A stretch of 34,590 nucleotides of DNA. Source: an uncultured Dehalococcoidales bacterium (lineage in GTDB: Bacteria; Chloroflexota; Dehalococcoidia; Dehalococcoidales; UBA2162). The notes beneath the pieces were generated by a model. It was not told the DNA's origin. It did not search any database and saw nothing but the letters and a program-made list of their open reading frames with translations. The stretch is taken from assembly GCA_964543495.1 (NCBI GenBank), contig CAZIYN010000002.1:621-35210 (forward strand). Direction: 5' to 3'. The position numbers and the translations under genes are program-made. Below are positions 1 to 8,777 of the stretch, one piece after another (the first letter of the stretch is position 1; each line of letters opens with the position of its first letter).

Positions 1-1
1 A

Positions 2-511
2 TTCCATTACCTGGACCGGGCGTTCTTATACCCGGTGAAGATGCGGCTTTCATCAAAACCCATGCCTCTGACGGTAATTTCAGCCGGCGTTATATTCAAC
101 ATTATGAACGCCTACCTTAACGGCAGTTACATCATTATGAACACCCCACGCTATCCGGCTGGCTGGCTTTTGGACATACGGTTTGTAATCGGAATCGCTA
201 TATTCATAGCCGGTATGGTAATAAACCGCCACTCGGACCTTATCCTCTACCGCATCAGGCAGTCCGGCCAGGGAGACTATGCCATACCGGAGGGCGGTCT
301 TTTCCGCTGGATATCCTGCCCGAACTACCTGGGAGAAATGCTTATCTGGATAGGCTGGATGGTCAGTACATGGTCGCCCGTTGCGGCTGCCTTTGCCCTC
401 TGGACGGTAGCCAATCTGGCTCCACGGGCACGCTCACACCATAAATGGTATCGGCAGCACTTCGATACTTATCCGGCAGACAGGCATGCGCTGATACCGC
501 GTATCTGGTAG
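2..511 (+). CDS. 3-oxo-5-alpha-steroid 4-dehydrogenase / steroid 5-alpha-reductase family membrane protein, 5' end cut by window edge
   Basis: The frame is open from nt 2 (FHYLDRAFLYPVK precedes the listed Met at 35). It is a multi-TM protein with the family-typical C-terminal block NRHSDLILYRIR...YAIPEGGLFRWISCPNYLGEMLIWIGW. Confidence 0.75.
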   Translation, partial: FHYLDRAFLYPVKMRLSSKPMPLTVISAGVIFNIMNAYLNGSYIIMNTPRYPAGWLLDIRFVIGIAIFIAGMVINRHSDLILYRIRQSGQGDYAIPEGGLFRWISCPNYLGEMLIWIGWMVSTWSPVAAAFALWTVANLAPRARSHHKWYRQHFDTYPADRHALIPRIW

Positions 512-611
512 CATTTTTATTAGTCGATTTTCCGTCAGAGAATACGAAAAAGTTATGATTCGGTTAAAGATTTAAAATTGATACTTTTGTATATGGACAT
601 ATGTACCTTTA

Positions 612-1679
612 TTGTCCTATTATACTAAAGTCAAAGTGGATAGCGGACAAAATCTACTAAAAATATATTCAAATCCCCAGTTTAAGAAACCGGTCTTAAT
701 CGCCGCGGGACCCGGCACTTCCAACGTTGGACTGAGGACGGTTAATTACCTCAGAAAAAAGTTGAACGCGGAGCTTTTTGCCGAGATAGATGAGGGTGAT
801 TTCTATAATCCTCCCTATAATTTCACCTTTAACGAGGGAATAATAGAAACATCCTCGATAGAACCGAAAGAAAAGACTCCTCTGAACCGGTTCTATTACT
901 GCAGGTCAAGAGGAGAGAACGACATTATATTCTTCACCGCCGATACCGCTCCTCTACAGGGGAAGATACCCGAACTGGCGGGATACGTTCTCGACGCTGC
1001 AAGACGTTTCGGAATCATCCGGTTTTATATGCCGGGAGCATTTCTCACGGATATCCATCATTCTCTCGAACCGGCAATTTATGGCTCGGCAACGGAAGAA
1101 AAATTAATCGAATACCTCAGTAGCTACGATGTTTATCCGGTGCCACCGATGAATATCGCCCACAATACCAGCGCCTGGCTGCTGGGTATGGCTAAATGGA
1201 AGGGTGTCGAAGCTATCGGTCTGGTAAGTGAAATACCGGCATATAACCCCGAAGGAAGAAACATCAGGGCGTGTCGGGCGCTTGTCAGGCTGATAATCGA
1301 AATGCTGGAAATTGAAAATCCCGACCTCTCAGACCTGGACGATATGCTGGTACGTGAAGAGGAATGGCTGGCAAGACGACTGGATGAACTTCAGGAATCA
1401 AAAGATAAGAGGATAACCGATTTCGTAAAATACCTGGAAATGCTGAAGGGAAGACAGAAACAGAGGCCCGGAAGAGGAAGAAACCTGCGGCGTTCCCTGG
1501 AAATCGAGCTTCCTGAATCGCTGAAACCCATCGAATCTCTTTACCTAGAGGCAAAAGACAATCCTGAAAAGGTAAATAACCTCAAGGAAGTGGTCGCTCA
1601 ATTAAACGGTTCGGACCGCCTCCTGATACTCCGAAAATACGGCGACCAGATTATGGGGCTGTTAGGCTACCGTATGTAA
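612..1679 (+). CDS. PAC2 (proteasome assembly chaperone 2-like) family protein with charged C-terminal extension
   Basis: The N-terminal pattern KKPVLIAAGPGTSNVGLRTVNYLRKKLNAELFAEID..FYNPP resembles PAC2/PbaA-like proteins. It has a TTG start with no clear SD, so the start is uncertain. The last ~110 aa are a Lys/Arg/Glu-rich, coiled-coil-like tail. Confidence 0.5.
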   Translation: MSYYTKVKVDSGQNLLKIYSNPQFKKPVLIAAGPGTSNVGLRTVNYLRKKLNAELFAEIDEGDFYNPPYNFTFNEGIIETSSIEPKEKTPLNRFYYCRSRGENDIIFFTADTAPLQGKIPELAGYVLDAARRFGIIRFYMPGAFLTDIHHSLEPAIYGSATEEKLIEYLSSYDVYPVPPMNIAHNTSAWLLGMAKWKGVEAIGLVSEIPAYNPEGRNIRACRALVRLIIEMLEIENPDLSDLDDMLVREEEWLARRLDELQESKDKRITDFVKYLEMLKGRQKQRPGRGRNLRRSLEIELPESLKPIESLYLEAKDNPEKVNNLKEVVAQLNGSDRLLILRKYGDQIMGLLGYRM

Positions 1680-1724
1680 CCGGAGCATTATAACGACCGG
1701 CGTGCTCGCACAAAACAGCAAATC

Positions 1725-2828
1725 CTACGGGTCAAACCACCACTTTTTCCTGGTATCCGCTTTCCCGTAACCGCAGATGTCGTCCATCTTTATAACGAAG
1801 CTGTTCATAGCCGGGGTATGCTCTATCATCCACCTGACGAGGTCATGAGTCCAGCCTTCCGGTTTATTCCACGGGCAGACCTTGATACATCTGCCGCATG
1901 AAACTCCCTTCGGATTCTGGAAGCGGTACCTGGTACAGGTATCGGCATTGAACTCCCAGTTCTCATAACCGTTTTTCAGGATTTTATCTCCGGAGGAAAT
2001 CGACCTGGACGGGCATTCATCGGCACACTTCATACATTTATCGCAAAAGTCCTGAAGACCGAAGTCCACCGGCTTATCCGGCTGGAGGGGTAAATCGGTT
2101 GTCACCACCGAAGCTTTATACCTCAGACCGAGGAACGGATTCAGCACAATATTCGCTCGGCTTATTTCCCCGATTCCGGAGAGCATCAGGAGAGGTGGCA
2201 CTACCACCTGGTAACCTCTAATCGAATGAAGACGGGCAGGATATCCCATCGACCTTATATAGCCAGCTACAATATTTCCTATATATCCGCACATCGCGTA
2301 TCCCCGCCCGCTCTGCGCCGATGATATCCAGTCGTTGCCATCCGAAGCATCCATCGTGCTTCTTCCCTGGTCGACCGCGATACAGATAGCGTATTTATGG
2401 TTGAGTTCTATTTCATTACCCTGCGAATCATGACTGTAAACAGCCCATTGAGGCAGCTCGCATATGCCTGCAATATCCGCCCCTGCGAAATAAGCCATGC
2501 TCTTTATATGACGGCTTATTACGGATGTATCTCCAGGCAGCTCGACTTTTCCTTCCGCCGGTTCAGGTGACACACCTCCCGGATTCAACGCCGACATCAA
2601 AGACATGGCAAGAAAGGGAGAACTGCCCGAAATGGGTGACCGGGTGTTTCCGGGGGTGCCAAAGTCACCACGCCTCAGCCTGGCAATGCCCATTTCCCTC
2701 TCGTCGAAGCGTGCTATTTTATCGGTTATCACTACCGTAGGCTTATCTACTCTCCGCAATCTTTCCATCGGGTACGGACCAAGCTGCAGTTTCCCCGATA
2801 GAACTTCCGTAAAGGTATCGCTTTTCAT
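1725..2828 (-). CDS. rdhA: Reductive dehalogenase homologue (RdhA family), no Tat signal, predicted cytoplasmic
   Basis: The C-terminus carries the RdhA-type double Fe-S signature CDKCMKCADECP ... CTRYRFQNPKGVSCGRCIKVCPWNKP, followed by a WWFD tail. The central SGIGEISRANIVLNPFLGLRYKASVVTTDLPLQPDKPVDFG block is typical of RdhA. The N-terminus lacks RRxFLK plus a hydrophobic h-region. An AGGAGTG SD lies 7 nt upstream of the ATG. Confidence 0.8.
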   Translation of the reverse strand: MKSDTFTEVLSGKLQLGPYPMERLRRVDKPTVVITDKIARFDEREMGIARLRRGDFGTPGNTRSPISGSSPFLAMSLMSALNPGGVSPEPAEGKVELPGDTSVISRHIKSMAYFAGADIAGICELPQWAVYSHDSQGNEIELNHKYAICIAVDQGRSTMDASDGNDWISSAQSGRGYAMCGYIGNIVAGYIRSMGYPARLHSIRGYQVVVPPLLMLSGIGEISRANIVLNPFLGLRYKASVVTTDLPLQPDKPVDFGLQDFCDKCMKCADECPSRSISSGDKILKNGYENWEFNADTCTRYRFQNPKGVSCGRCIKVCPWNKPEGWTHDLVRWMIEHTPAMNSFVIKMDDICGYGKADTRKKWWFDP

Positions 2829-2975
2829 ATCTTTTCACTCCTGTTTAAACTTCCCGAATTGTCGTTTATTCTATCATTATCATCATGGTATTTGAAATCC
2901 GTACCTGGATAAAGAAAATTGACATTAAGGTGACCAGACTTTACTCTATTACCTGAAACCTTTTAAGGATGTGTA

Positions 2976-4316
2976 ATGGCTGCCATGGAATATACTGAAA
3001 TTGAAATACAGTACGCCGAGAAACATAAAAAACTGATAGATGAAATCCGGAAGAAAACGGGTAAAACACCCGAAGAATTATATGAAGAAAGAGAAAAACG
3101 GATAAGAGATGCCCTTGCTCTCAGGGAACCGGACAGGGTACCGGTGGTAATGGGCGGCGGCTATTTCGCCTCCAACTACGCCGGGCTGCCGCCATCCGCG
3201 GCCTACTACGACCCCGTCGCATACAGGGAAGCGATAAAAAAAACCAACCTCGACTTTGAACCCGACTGCTATGTAGGAGGAGTAGCCGGAGCAACTTCAG
3301 GACTGGCTCTGGAGCTTTTAGATGCCAGGCAAACAAAATGGCCCGGCGGTACTTTACCTGATAATGTTACTCACCAGTTCGTCGAGGACGAATATATGAA
3401 AGAGGATGAATACGACCATTTCCTTTCCGACCCTTCGGATTTCATCGTGCGTGTTTACCTGCCCAGAGTTTTAGGGGTTGCCGGACCACTGGAGAAATTC
3501 CCGCCGCTGAACACACTGCTGGCAGGAAATTCAATCATCGGAATTGCCCGTCTTTTTTCAAGACCGGAATTCAGGAAAATGGCGGAGGACATCTACAAAG
3601 CCGGAGAAGAACAGGCAAAAGCCAGTCAAGTTATGAGAAATTTCGAGGCTGAGATGACAGTCCTGGGATTCCCACCGATGTACAACAGCGGAGGAGCCGG
3701 CGGAGCGCCTTTTGATGCCGTTTCCGATTTTCTAAGAGGAATGCGGGGGGCGATGATAGATATGTTCAGGCGTCCGGAACAGTTGCATGCATTGATAGAC
3801 AGAATCCAATATTGGAGGCTTTCACGGCTGGCTCCACCCGACCCGAACAGAAGGGGAGACCCGAAGAGGACTTTCATGGCGCTCCACAGGGGTGCCGCCG
3901 GATTCATGTCAATAAAACAGTTCGAAGAATTCTACTGGCCCGGCCTGAAAAAGGCGATTGAGGCAACCGTTGAAATGGGAATCGTGCCGATTCCGTTTTT
4001 CGAGGGCCACTATGAAGACCGCCTCGAATACCTGCTGGAACTGCCTAAAGGGAGGGTAGCCTGCCACTTCGAGCATATGGATATGACCAGGGCTAAAGAA
4101 GTGCTCGGAGACCACGTTTGTATAATGGGCAACGTACCTTCCTCGCTGCTGCAGGTAGGCACACCGCAGGATGTCGACGATTATTGCAGGAACCTGATTA
4201 AGACCTGCGGGAAAGGCGGAGGTTTTATACTTACAAACGGAAGCTCGATAGACGAAGCAAAACCTGAGAATATCAAGGCTATGATAGACTCGGCAAAGAA
4301 ATACGGTGTAAACTGA
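2976..4316 (+). CDS. Uroporphyrinogen decarboxylase (URO-D) family protein, MtaA/CmuA-like methyltransferase-type
   Basis: The 446-aa protein has a C-terminal half typical of URO-D/MT2-type proteins (FEGHYEDRLEYLLELPKGRVACHFEHMDMTRAKEVLGDHVCIMGNVPSSLL...GGGFILTNGSSI). An AAGGA SD lies upstream. Confidence 0.7.
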   Translation: MAAMEYTEIEIQYAEKHKKLIDEIRKKTGKTPEELYEEREKRIRDALALREPDRVPVVMGGGYFASNYAGLPPSAAYYDPVAYREAIKKTNLDFEPDCYVGGVAGATSGLALELLDARQTKWPGGTLPDNVTHQFVEDEYMKEDEYDHFLSDPSDFIVRVYLPRVLGVAGPLEKFPPLNTLLAGNSIIGIARLFSRPEFRKMAEDIYKAGEEQAKASQVMRNFEAEMTVLGFPPMYNSGGAGGAPFDAVSDFLRGMRGAMIDMFRRPEQLHALIDRIQYWRLSRLAPPDPNRRGDPKRTFMALHRGAAGFMSIKQFEEFYWPGLKKAIEATVEMGIVPIPFFEGHYEDRLEYLLELPKGRVACHFEHMDMTRAKEVLGDHVCIMGNVPSSLLQVGTPQDVDDYCRNLIKTCGKGGGFILTNGSSIDEAKPENIKAMIDSAKKYGVN

Positions 4317-4336
4317 TACAGGGACCACACACTGAT

Positions 4337-4993
4337 ATGAGTAACCGCTATAAAATAATCGCCTGCATGACCGTAGCTGAGGAGCTTGAAGGACTGATTC
4401 CTGAAGGTAGTGAGACAACCTTCCTGGAATTCGGCCTGCACTCCTACCCGGATAAACTCAAAGCCAGCGTACAGGAAGAAATCAACCGTACCGATGGAGT
4501 AGATGCAATCCTTCTCGGGTACGGTATGTGCTCGATGAGCATACTGGGGCTGACTTCAAAGGAACACCGCCTGATAATTCCGCGCATGCACGACTGCATC
4601 GGAATATTCCTCGGCTCCGGTAAGAAGTATAAGGAACAGGTTTACAGCAAACCCGGTACCTACTACCTTACGAAGGGATGGATTAACCACGGAGGAGACC
4701 CGTACAAGGTATATAAAAGGTGGCGGGATATTTACGGCGACGAAAGAGCCAGAGTTCTGCTGAATAAAACAATCGGCAATTACACCCGCTTGGCATACAT
4801 AGAGACCGGCAGGGAAGACCAGACGGAACTCATCAACTACGCTAAAACCGCCGCAAAAGAACTGGATTTACAATTCGAGAGAATAAAAGGAAATCGCTCT
4901 ATCCTGGAAAAAATGATCGCCGGCGACTGGGATGACGATTTCGTGATAGTCGAACCCGGCGGCAAACCCACTATTTACGATTTCTCTGCGTAA
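4337..4993 (+). CDS. DUF1638 domain protein
   Basis: It carries the characteristic DUF1638 core: IIACMTVAEEL...LEFGLHSYPDKLKASVQEEI...DAILLGYGMCSMSILGL...LIIPRMHDCIGIFLGS. It starts 20 nt after the URO-D gene. Confidence 0.8.
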   Translation: MSNRYKIIACMTVAEELEGLIPEGSETTFLEFGLHSYPDKLKASVQEEINRTDGVDAILLGYGMCSMSILGLTSKEHRLIIPRMHDCIGIFLGSGKKYKEQVYSKPGTYYLTKGWINHGGDPYKVYKRWRDIYGDERARVLLNKTIGNYTRLAYIETGREDQTELINYAKTAAKELDLQFERIKGNRSILEKMIAGDWDDDFVIVEPGGKPTIYDFSA

Positions 4994-5003
4994 TTGCCGG
5001 AAT

Positions 5004-6113
5004 TTATTCCCCGGAAGAAGCTTCGTTGCGGAGTCGCCTGTCTTCGCCGCATTCCAGAGCGTCTCCTCTCGCCATAACGGCAAAGCACCTGTTGCAGGAA
5101 ATACAGGTTGCCGGTGCGGTGTCTCCCTGCTGCCAGCGGTTGATAATATCCGGCTGCCTTATAAAAGGGCGGGACATCGATATCAGGTCGGCATCACCGC
5201 TCTTGATTATATCTTCCGCCGTTTCCAGGCTGCGTATACCACCCACAGCTATAACAGGCACGGATACCACCTTTCTAACCGCCACCGCCCTGTCACGCAG
5301 GTAAGCCTGTTCTTTACCGCCGTCCGCCATCATTCTGGTAGTTGTCCCGACGCCGGAACTCGCCTCTATTGCAGCGATTCCTTCCTTCTCCATCTGCTTC
5401 GCCGTTTCCATGCCTTCATCTACAGTCAGTCCGCCCTCTTCTTCGTCACGGACGGCGAACTTAATCATCAGTGGGAAATCATTTCCGGCTATCTGACACG
5501 CTTTCCTTATCACTTCCAGGTGGAGACGCCTTCGGTTTTCGGCACTGCCTCCCCAGCGGTCGGTACGGACGTTAAAAAGCGGGGAGAGGAACTGACTCAT
5601 TCCGTAGCCGTGCGCACCGTGAAACTGCACGGCATCGAAACCGGCTTCTCTGGCACGGAGCACCGCTGCCGCATAATCGGATACAAGCTGTTCTATCTCC
5701 TCGTCGGTCATTTCGTGATGAGGGGAAGTTATTCTCTCCAGACTGGATATCACCTGGACCTTTTCGCCCTTACCGACGAGGTAGCGGGAATTAGCACCGG
5801 CATGGACCATTTGCAACGCAATCAGTGCACCTCCCCGGTGGGCTGTTTCTACAAGTCGCTTCATCCCCGGTATCATATCGTCGCTATGGATACCGTACTG
5901 CCTGGGTCCTGCCTGTCCCAGCGGTGTTATATATGAATAGCCGGTTACTATAAGACCGACACCGCCCCGTGCAATTTTGTCATATATTGCCACAGAGGTA
6001 TCGGTAACCGCACCGGAGTCATCGGCTGAACCGTCCCAGGTAGCCGACCTCACGAAACGGTTTTTCAGTTCCAGGTTTTTTATTTTAAAGGGCTCAAAGA
6101 GAATACTTGACAT
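5004..6113 (-). CDS. NADH:flavin oxidoreductase, Old Yellow Enzyme family (2,4-dienoyl-CoA-reductase-like FMN domain)
   Basis: It has LFEPFKIKNLELKNRFVRSA at the N-terminus and HGAHGYGMSQFLSPLFNVRTDRWGGSAENRRRLHLEVI in the core, with Cys-rich CISCNRCF...C near the C-terminus. I prefer the ATG at 6113 (GGAG SD 6 nt upstream) over the ORF-track ATG at 6164. Confidence 0.85.
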   Translation of the reverse strand: MSSILFEPFKIKNLELKNRFVRSATWDGSADDSGAVTDTSVAIYDKIARGGVGLIVTGYSYITPLGQAGPRQYGIHSDDMIPGMKRLVETAHRGGALIALQMVHAGANSRYLVGKGEKVQVISSLERITSPHHEMTDEEIEQLVSDYAAAVLRAREAGFDAVQFHGAHGYGMSQFLSPLFNVRTDRWGGSAENRRRLHLEVIRKACQIAGNDFPLMIKFAVRDEEEGGLTVDEGMETAKQMEKEGIAAIEASSGVGTTTRMMADGGKEQAYLRDRAVAVRKVVSVPVIAVGGIRSLETAEDIIKSGDADLISMSRPFIRQPDIINRWQQGDTAPATCISCNRCFAVMARGDALECGEDRRLRNEASSGE

Positions 6114-6211
6114 AATTAACTCCAGTCGTAATAAGGGATTTCCCGTTTGCGCTATTCTATCCATTGAAGGTGAGCATTGTCAAAAGAGAGGACTCTCTCT
6201 TACCCGATTCA

Positions 6212-6241
6212 TTGACAGGTTAATCCGGATTAAAGTATAAA
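6212..6241 (+). promoter_or_regulatory. Candidate sigma70-type promoter for the DUF169 gene
   Basis: TTGACA (6212-6217), an 18-nt spacer, then TATAAA (6236-6241), about 50 nt upstream of the ATG at 6293, which has a GAGGAG SD. Confidence 0.4.
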
Positions 6242-6292
6242 ACAGGCAGCCCCTGAAACAGTTAGTCCGGAAAAACGAGGAGAAAGCGCAAT

Positions 6293-7039
6293 ATGGCTAC
6301 TATTGAAGAGTACAACGGCTACGGAGAAGAACTGGAAAGGCTGCTCCTTCTGAGGACTTCTCCTCTGGCCGTGAAGATGATGGCGAGTGAAAAGGATATC
6401 CCTGAAGATGCCTACAGACCGAAAAAAGATGATGGCGTCCACCTTGCTCAGTGCCAGGCGTTCACCCTTTCGCGCCGCAAGAGAAAAACGGTGGCGATGC
6501 TGAAAGAGGACAACTGGTGCTTCGCCCCGGTAATAGGCTGGGGACTTGTGGAGAAACCCGACCCGGAAATGGTTATGGGGGCAACGTTTCCCTGTTTCGA
6601 ATGCGGGAAATACATCGGAATAGTTACCGCGCCTCTGAAAACAGCCGCCTTTCTGCCCGATGTAATACTTGTTTACTGCAACCCGATGCAGCTGAGACTG
6701 ATGATGAGTGCGGCGGTGACAAGAGAAGAACGTATCCTGACATCCGAGTTCTACCCGATTGATTCGTGCATATATTCAATTGTGCCCGTTATGGAGACGG
6801 GTAAATGCCGGATTACCCTGCCGGACCCCGGAGAATACGAACGGGCAATGACCACCGAAGACGAGATTATCTTCTCCATACCGGCCGGTACTATAGTCAG
6901 AATGATAGAAGCGCTGAAACGGTCCGATGAGCACAGGCGGGGCTACATACACTCGGCAATGGATATACAGCCGGATTTCCCCCAGCCCGAGTTCTACAAA
7001 AAACTGTTCGAAATGTGGGGTCTCGACACGGAAAAATAG
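6293..7039 (+). CDS. DUF169 domain protein
   Basis: The size (248 aa) and pattern (LAVKMM...LAQCQAFTLSRRKRKTVAMLKEDNWCFAPVIGWGL) are reminiscent of the DUF169/COG2043 family. It has a good SD. Confidence 0.55.
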   Translation: MATIEEYNGYGEELERLLLLRTSPLAVKMMASEKDIPEDAYRPKKDDGVHLAQCQAFTLSRRKRKTVAMLKEDNWCFAPVIGWGLVEKPDPEMVMGATFPCFECGKYIGIVTAPLKTAAFLPDVILVYCNPMQLRLMMSAAVTREERILTSEFYPIDSCIYSIVPVMETGKCRITLPDPGEYERAMTTEDEIIFSIPAGTIVRMIEALKRSDEHRRGYIHSAMDIQPDFPQPEFYKKLFEMWGLDTEK

Positions 7040-7076
7040 TGGCGGAAATTACTTTATATCATGAGTCAAAAACCGT

Positions 7077-7084
7077 GTTGTCGC
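7077..7084. repeat. Left copy of 8-bp target-site duplication GTTGTCGC
   Basis: It is identical to 8802-8809 and directly abuts the left inverted repeat of the IS. Confidence 0.85.
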
Positions 7085-7108
7085 GGTTCTCTTGCATATT
7101 GGTTTACT
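7085..7108 (+). repeat. IS left terminal inverted repeat
   Basis: GGTTCTCTTGCATATTGGTTTACT matches the reverse complement of 8778-8801 at 20/24 positions. Confidence 0.8.
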
Positions 7109-7188
7109 CCCATAATATAATTTTCCTATGACAGATAAACCATCTAACCCTCCAAAATTACCTCCGAAGCCTAAGCCTGAAGTTGAAC

Positions 7189-7659
7189 TTAGGGACATAG
7201 GGAAATCCCCAAAGAAAAAATAACTATCAAGCAAAGAGCTTCAAAAGACAAAGAAATATACGCAATTCTGAGACAAATAGCTTTAATTCTCAGTTGTTTT
7301 TTATTATTTGCGATTGCGTCTGCCATCCACTTCGCAGACCAAAATATAATTTCAGTATCCCCATATTCAGATGATTCAACGCTATTATCCAAGTCTGATA
7401 GATTTGGCTGAAATTCCCAGTTTCTCAACCATAATCCTAAAATTGTGGATACTGATACAAATATAAAGGCAATTCCAATTGCGATAGTAGGATATATTAT
7501 ATGACTCGATGTATCTAAGGCAGCAAATGGAGTTAAGCCAAGTAATACAGCGGCAAAACCAAGTACCCCTATTGCCATAGTATCGAAATGCTGTCGAGTT
7601 TTATGTTGCTCATCCGCTCTTCTACAAACCTCAGTATAAAACAATTCTTCTTTAGTCAT
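7189..7659 (-). CDS. Hypothetical membrane protein (about 3 TM segments), passenger gene inside the IS
   Basis: The ATG is preceded by a strong AGGGGGAG SD immediately after the transposase stop. There are hydrophobic segments at about residues 28-47, 54-78 and 130-153. I recognise no family. Confidence 0.6.
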   Translation of the reverse strand: MTKEELFYTEVCRRADEQHKTRQHFDTMAIGVLGFAAVLLGLTPFAALDTSSHIIYPTIAIGIAFIFVSVSTILGLWLRNWEFQPNLSDLDNSVESSEYGDTEIIFWSAKWMADAIANNKKQLRIKAICLRIAYISLSFEALCLIVIFSLGISLCP

Positions 7660-7669
7660 AACTCCCCCT

Positions 7670-8749
7670 TTAATAAAGTGCTGTATTCTGATAGTCGCGT
7701 GCTCTTAAACCCTTAATGATATCAGCCATTCTAGCGTGATTTTCTTTGTCTTTAACTACTTCAGTCCAATTCCTGAATGGAGCTTGAATCTTTGCGACTT
7801 CAGCGGGCGTTTTGTCCTTTAAGCTCATATGCGGGCGGAAGAAATTATAGTTGATTAAGAATCCCGATAATACTAGCTCGGCAGTATCCCACGTCTTAAA
7901 GCCCCTCAGCACTTTCGTCCGCTCTTTAAGCGTGCTATGAAATCTCTCAATGAGGTTAGTGTTTATCTCGGAGGTTAGCCCTTTGACTTGTATATGATTT
8001 GACCACGCCCCGAACACCCTTTCGATTCCATCTGTATATGCAGGTAGACCATCCGATAATATCCACTTTGGAGTCTTACCAGCTCTGTCCCAGGCTTTCT
8101 GCATTACTACGATAACATCATTAATAGTTCGAGACTTTGAAAGGTGAGAAGATAAGAGAAATCTTGTCTCTTCATCAATCAAGTCCCAGAACCACCAGTT
8201 AGAACCACCGACCTTGATTACTGTTTCATCTACTACCCACGTATCCGAAACAGCGGGTTTCAAAGGCTCTAGCACATCTAAAGCCCTAACGGTATAGCGG
8301 ATTATCCAGCGATAGACGGTAGAGGGATTTACGGGATTGAGATAAGTTTCTCCAAAATGTCTGGAAATATCCGAAAGCGATAAGCCGTCATAATACATAT
8401 TCAGAGCAGCACCGATTTGTTCGCTTGATGTCTGCATATGGTAAGGAGTATTTTTCTCGGTAAATTTCCGACCGCACTCACGGCAAATATAGTTCTGAAC
8501 GCCTTTTCTTATCCCGTATTTCATCACCTCTTTAGAGCCACACCATTTACATACTATCGGCTCCGGCTTGGTAAAATGCTCCATTTCCAACGTAGCTTCA
8601 GGACTATCTACGTCAGGCAATGAATCTATTATCTGGTCTATCTCACCTTTTTCAATTTTCGTCATTATCTCATCCACCATAGGCTCGATTAACTTTTCTA
8701 GATGCCTGTCTCTTTTTAAATATTTCCCTTTCATCGCTGTAGCCTCCAT
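7670..8749 (-). CDS. IS6-family DDE transposase with N-terminal zinc-finger
   Basis: The DDE blocks are WVVDETVIKVGG..WWFWDLID, ILSDGLPAYTDGI and NLIERFHSTLKERTKVLRGF, followed by FFRPHMSL. The N-terminal Cys4 motif is CKWCGS...CRECG. The start could instead be the second ATG at 8734, which has a GGAGG 8 nt upstream. Confidence 0.85.
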   Translation of the reverse strand: MEATAMKGKYLKRDRHLEKLIEPMVDEIMTKIEKGEIDQIIDSLPDVDSPEATLEMEHFTKPEPIVCKWCGSKEVMKYGIRKGVQNYICRECGRKFTEKNTPYHMQTSSEQIGAALNMYYDGLSLSDISRHFGETYLNPVNPSTVYRWIIRYTVRALDVLEPLKPAVSDTWVVDETVIKVGGSNWWFWDLIDEETRFLLSSHLSKSRTINDVIVVMQKAWDRAGKTPKWILSDGLPAYTDGIERVFGAWSNHIQVKGLTSEINTNLIERFHSTLKERTKVLRGFKTWDTAELVLSGFLINYNFFRPHMSLKDKTPAEVAKIQAPFRNWTEVVKDKENHARMADIIKGLRARDYQNTALY

Positions 8750-8777
8750 TACAATGGATACTACAGCTTAAAATTAA

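Noticed and set aside
1660-1679. A possible HbYX-type proteasome-docking motif at the C-terminus of the PAC2-like protein (...LLGYRM).
   Set aside because: HbYX requires the Tyr at the penultimate position of the chain. Here Tyr is third from the end, so the motif is not satisfied.
1725-2828. An alternative call of epoxyqueuosine reductase (QueG), which shares the Fe-S/corrinoid fold with RdhA.
   Set aside because: The protein lacks the QueG-type DYH and TIE blocks I remember and the C-terminal HEAT-like region. It has the RdhA-like TTDLPLQPDKPVDFG...FC.KC.KCA..CP pattern and the WWFD tail. Phylogeny is still needed to confirm this.
6114-6164. An upstream ATG (6164) that would extend the OYE protein by 17 aa.
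   Set aside because: OYE-family proteins begin close to the LFEPF...NR motif. ATG 6113 has a GGAG SD at proper spacing, whereas 6164 does not.
7049-7234. A 61-aa ORF overlapping the IS left end and the 3' end of the passenger gene.
   Set aside because: It spans the IS/chromosome junction and overlaps a better-supported gene. It has no SD.
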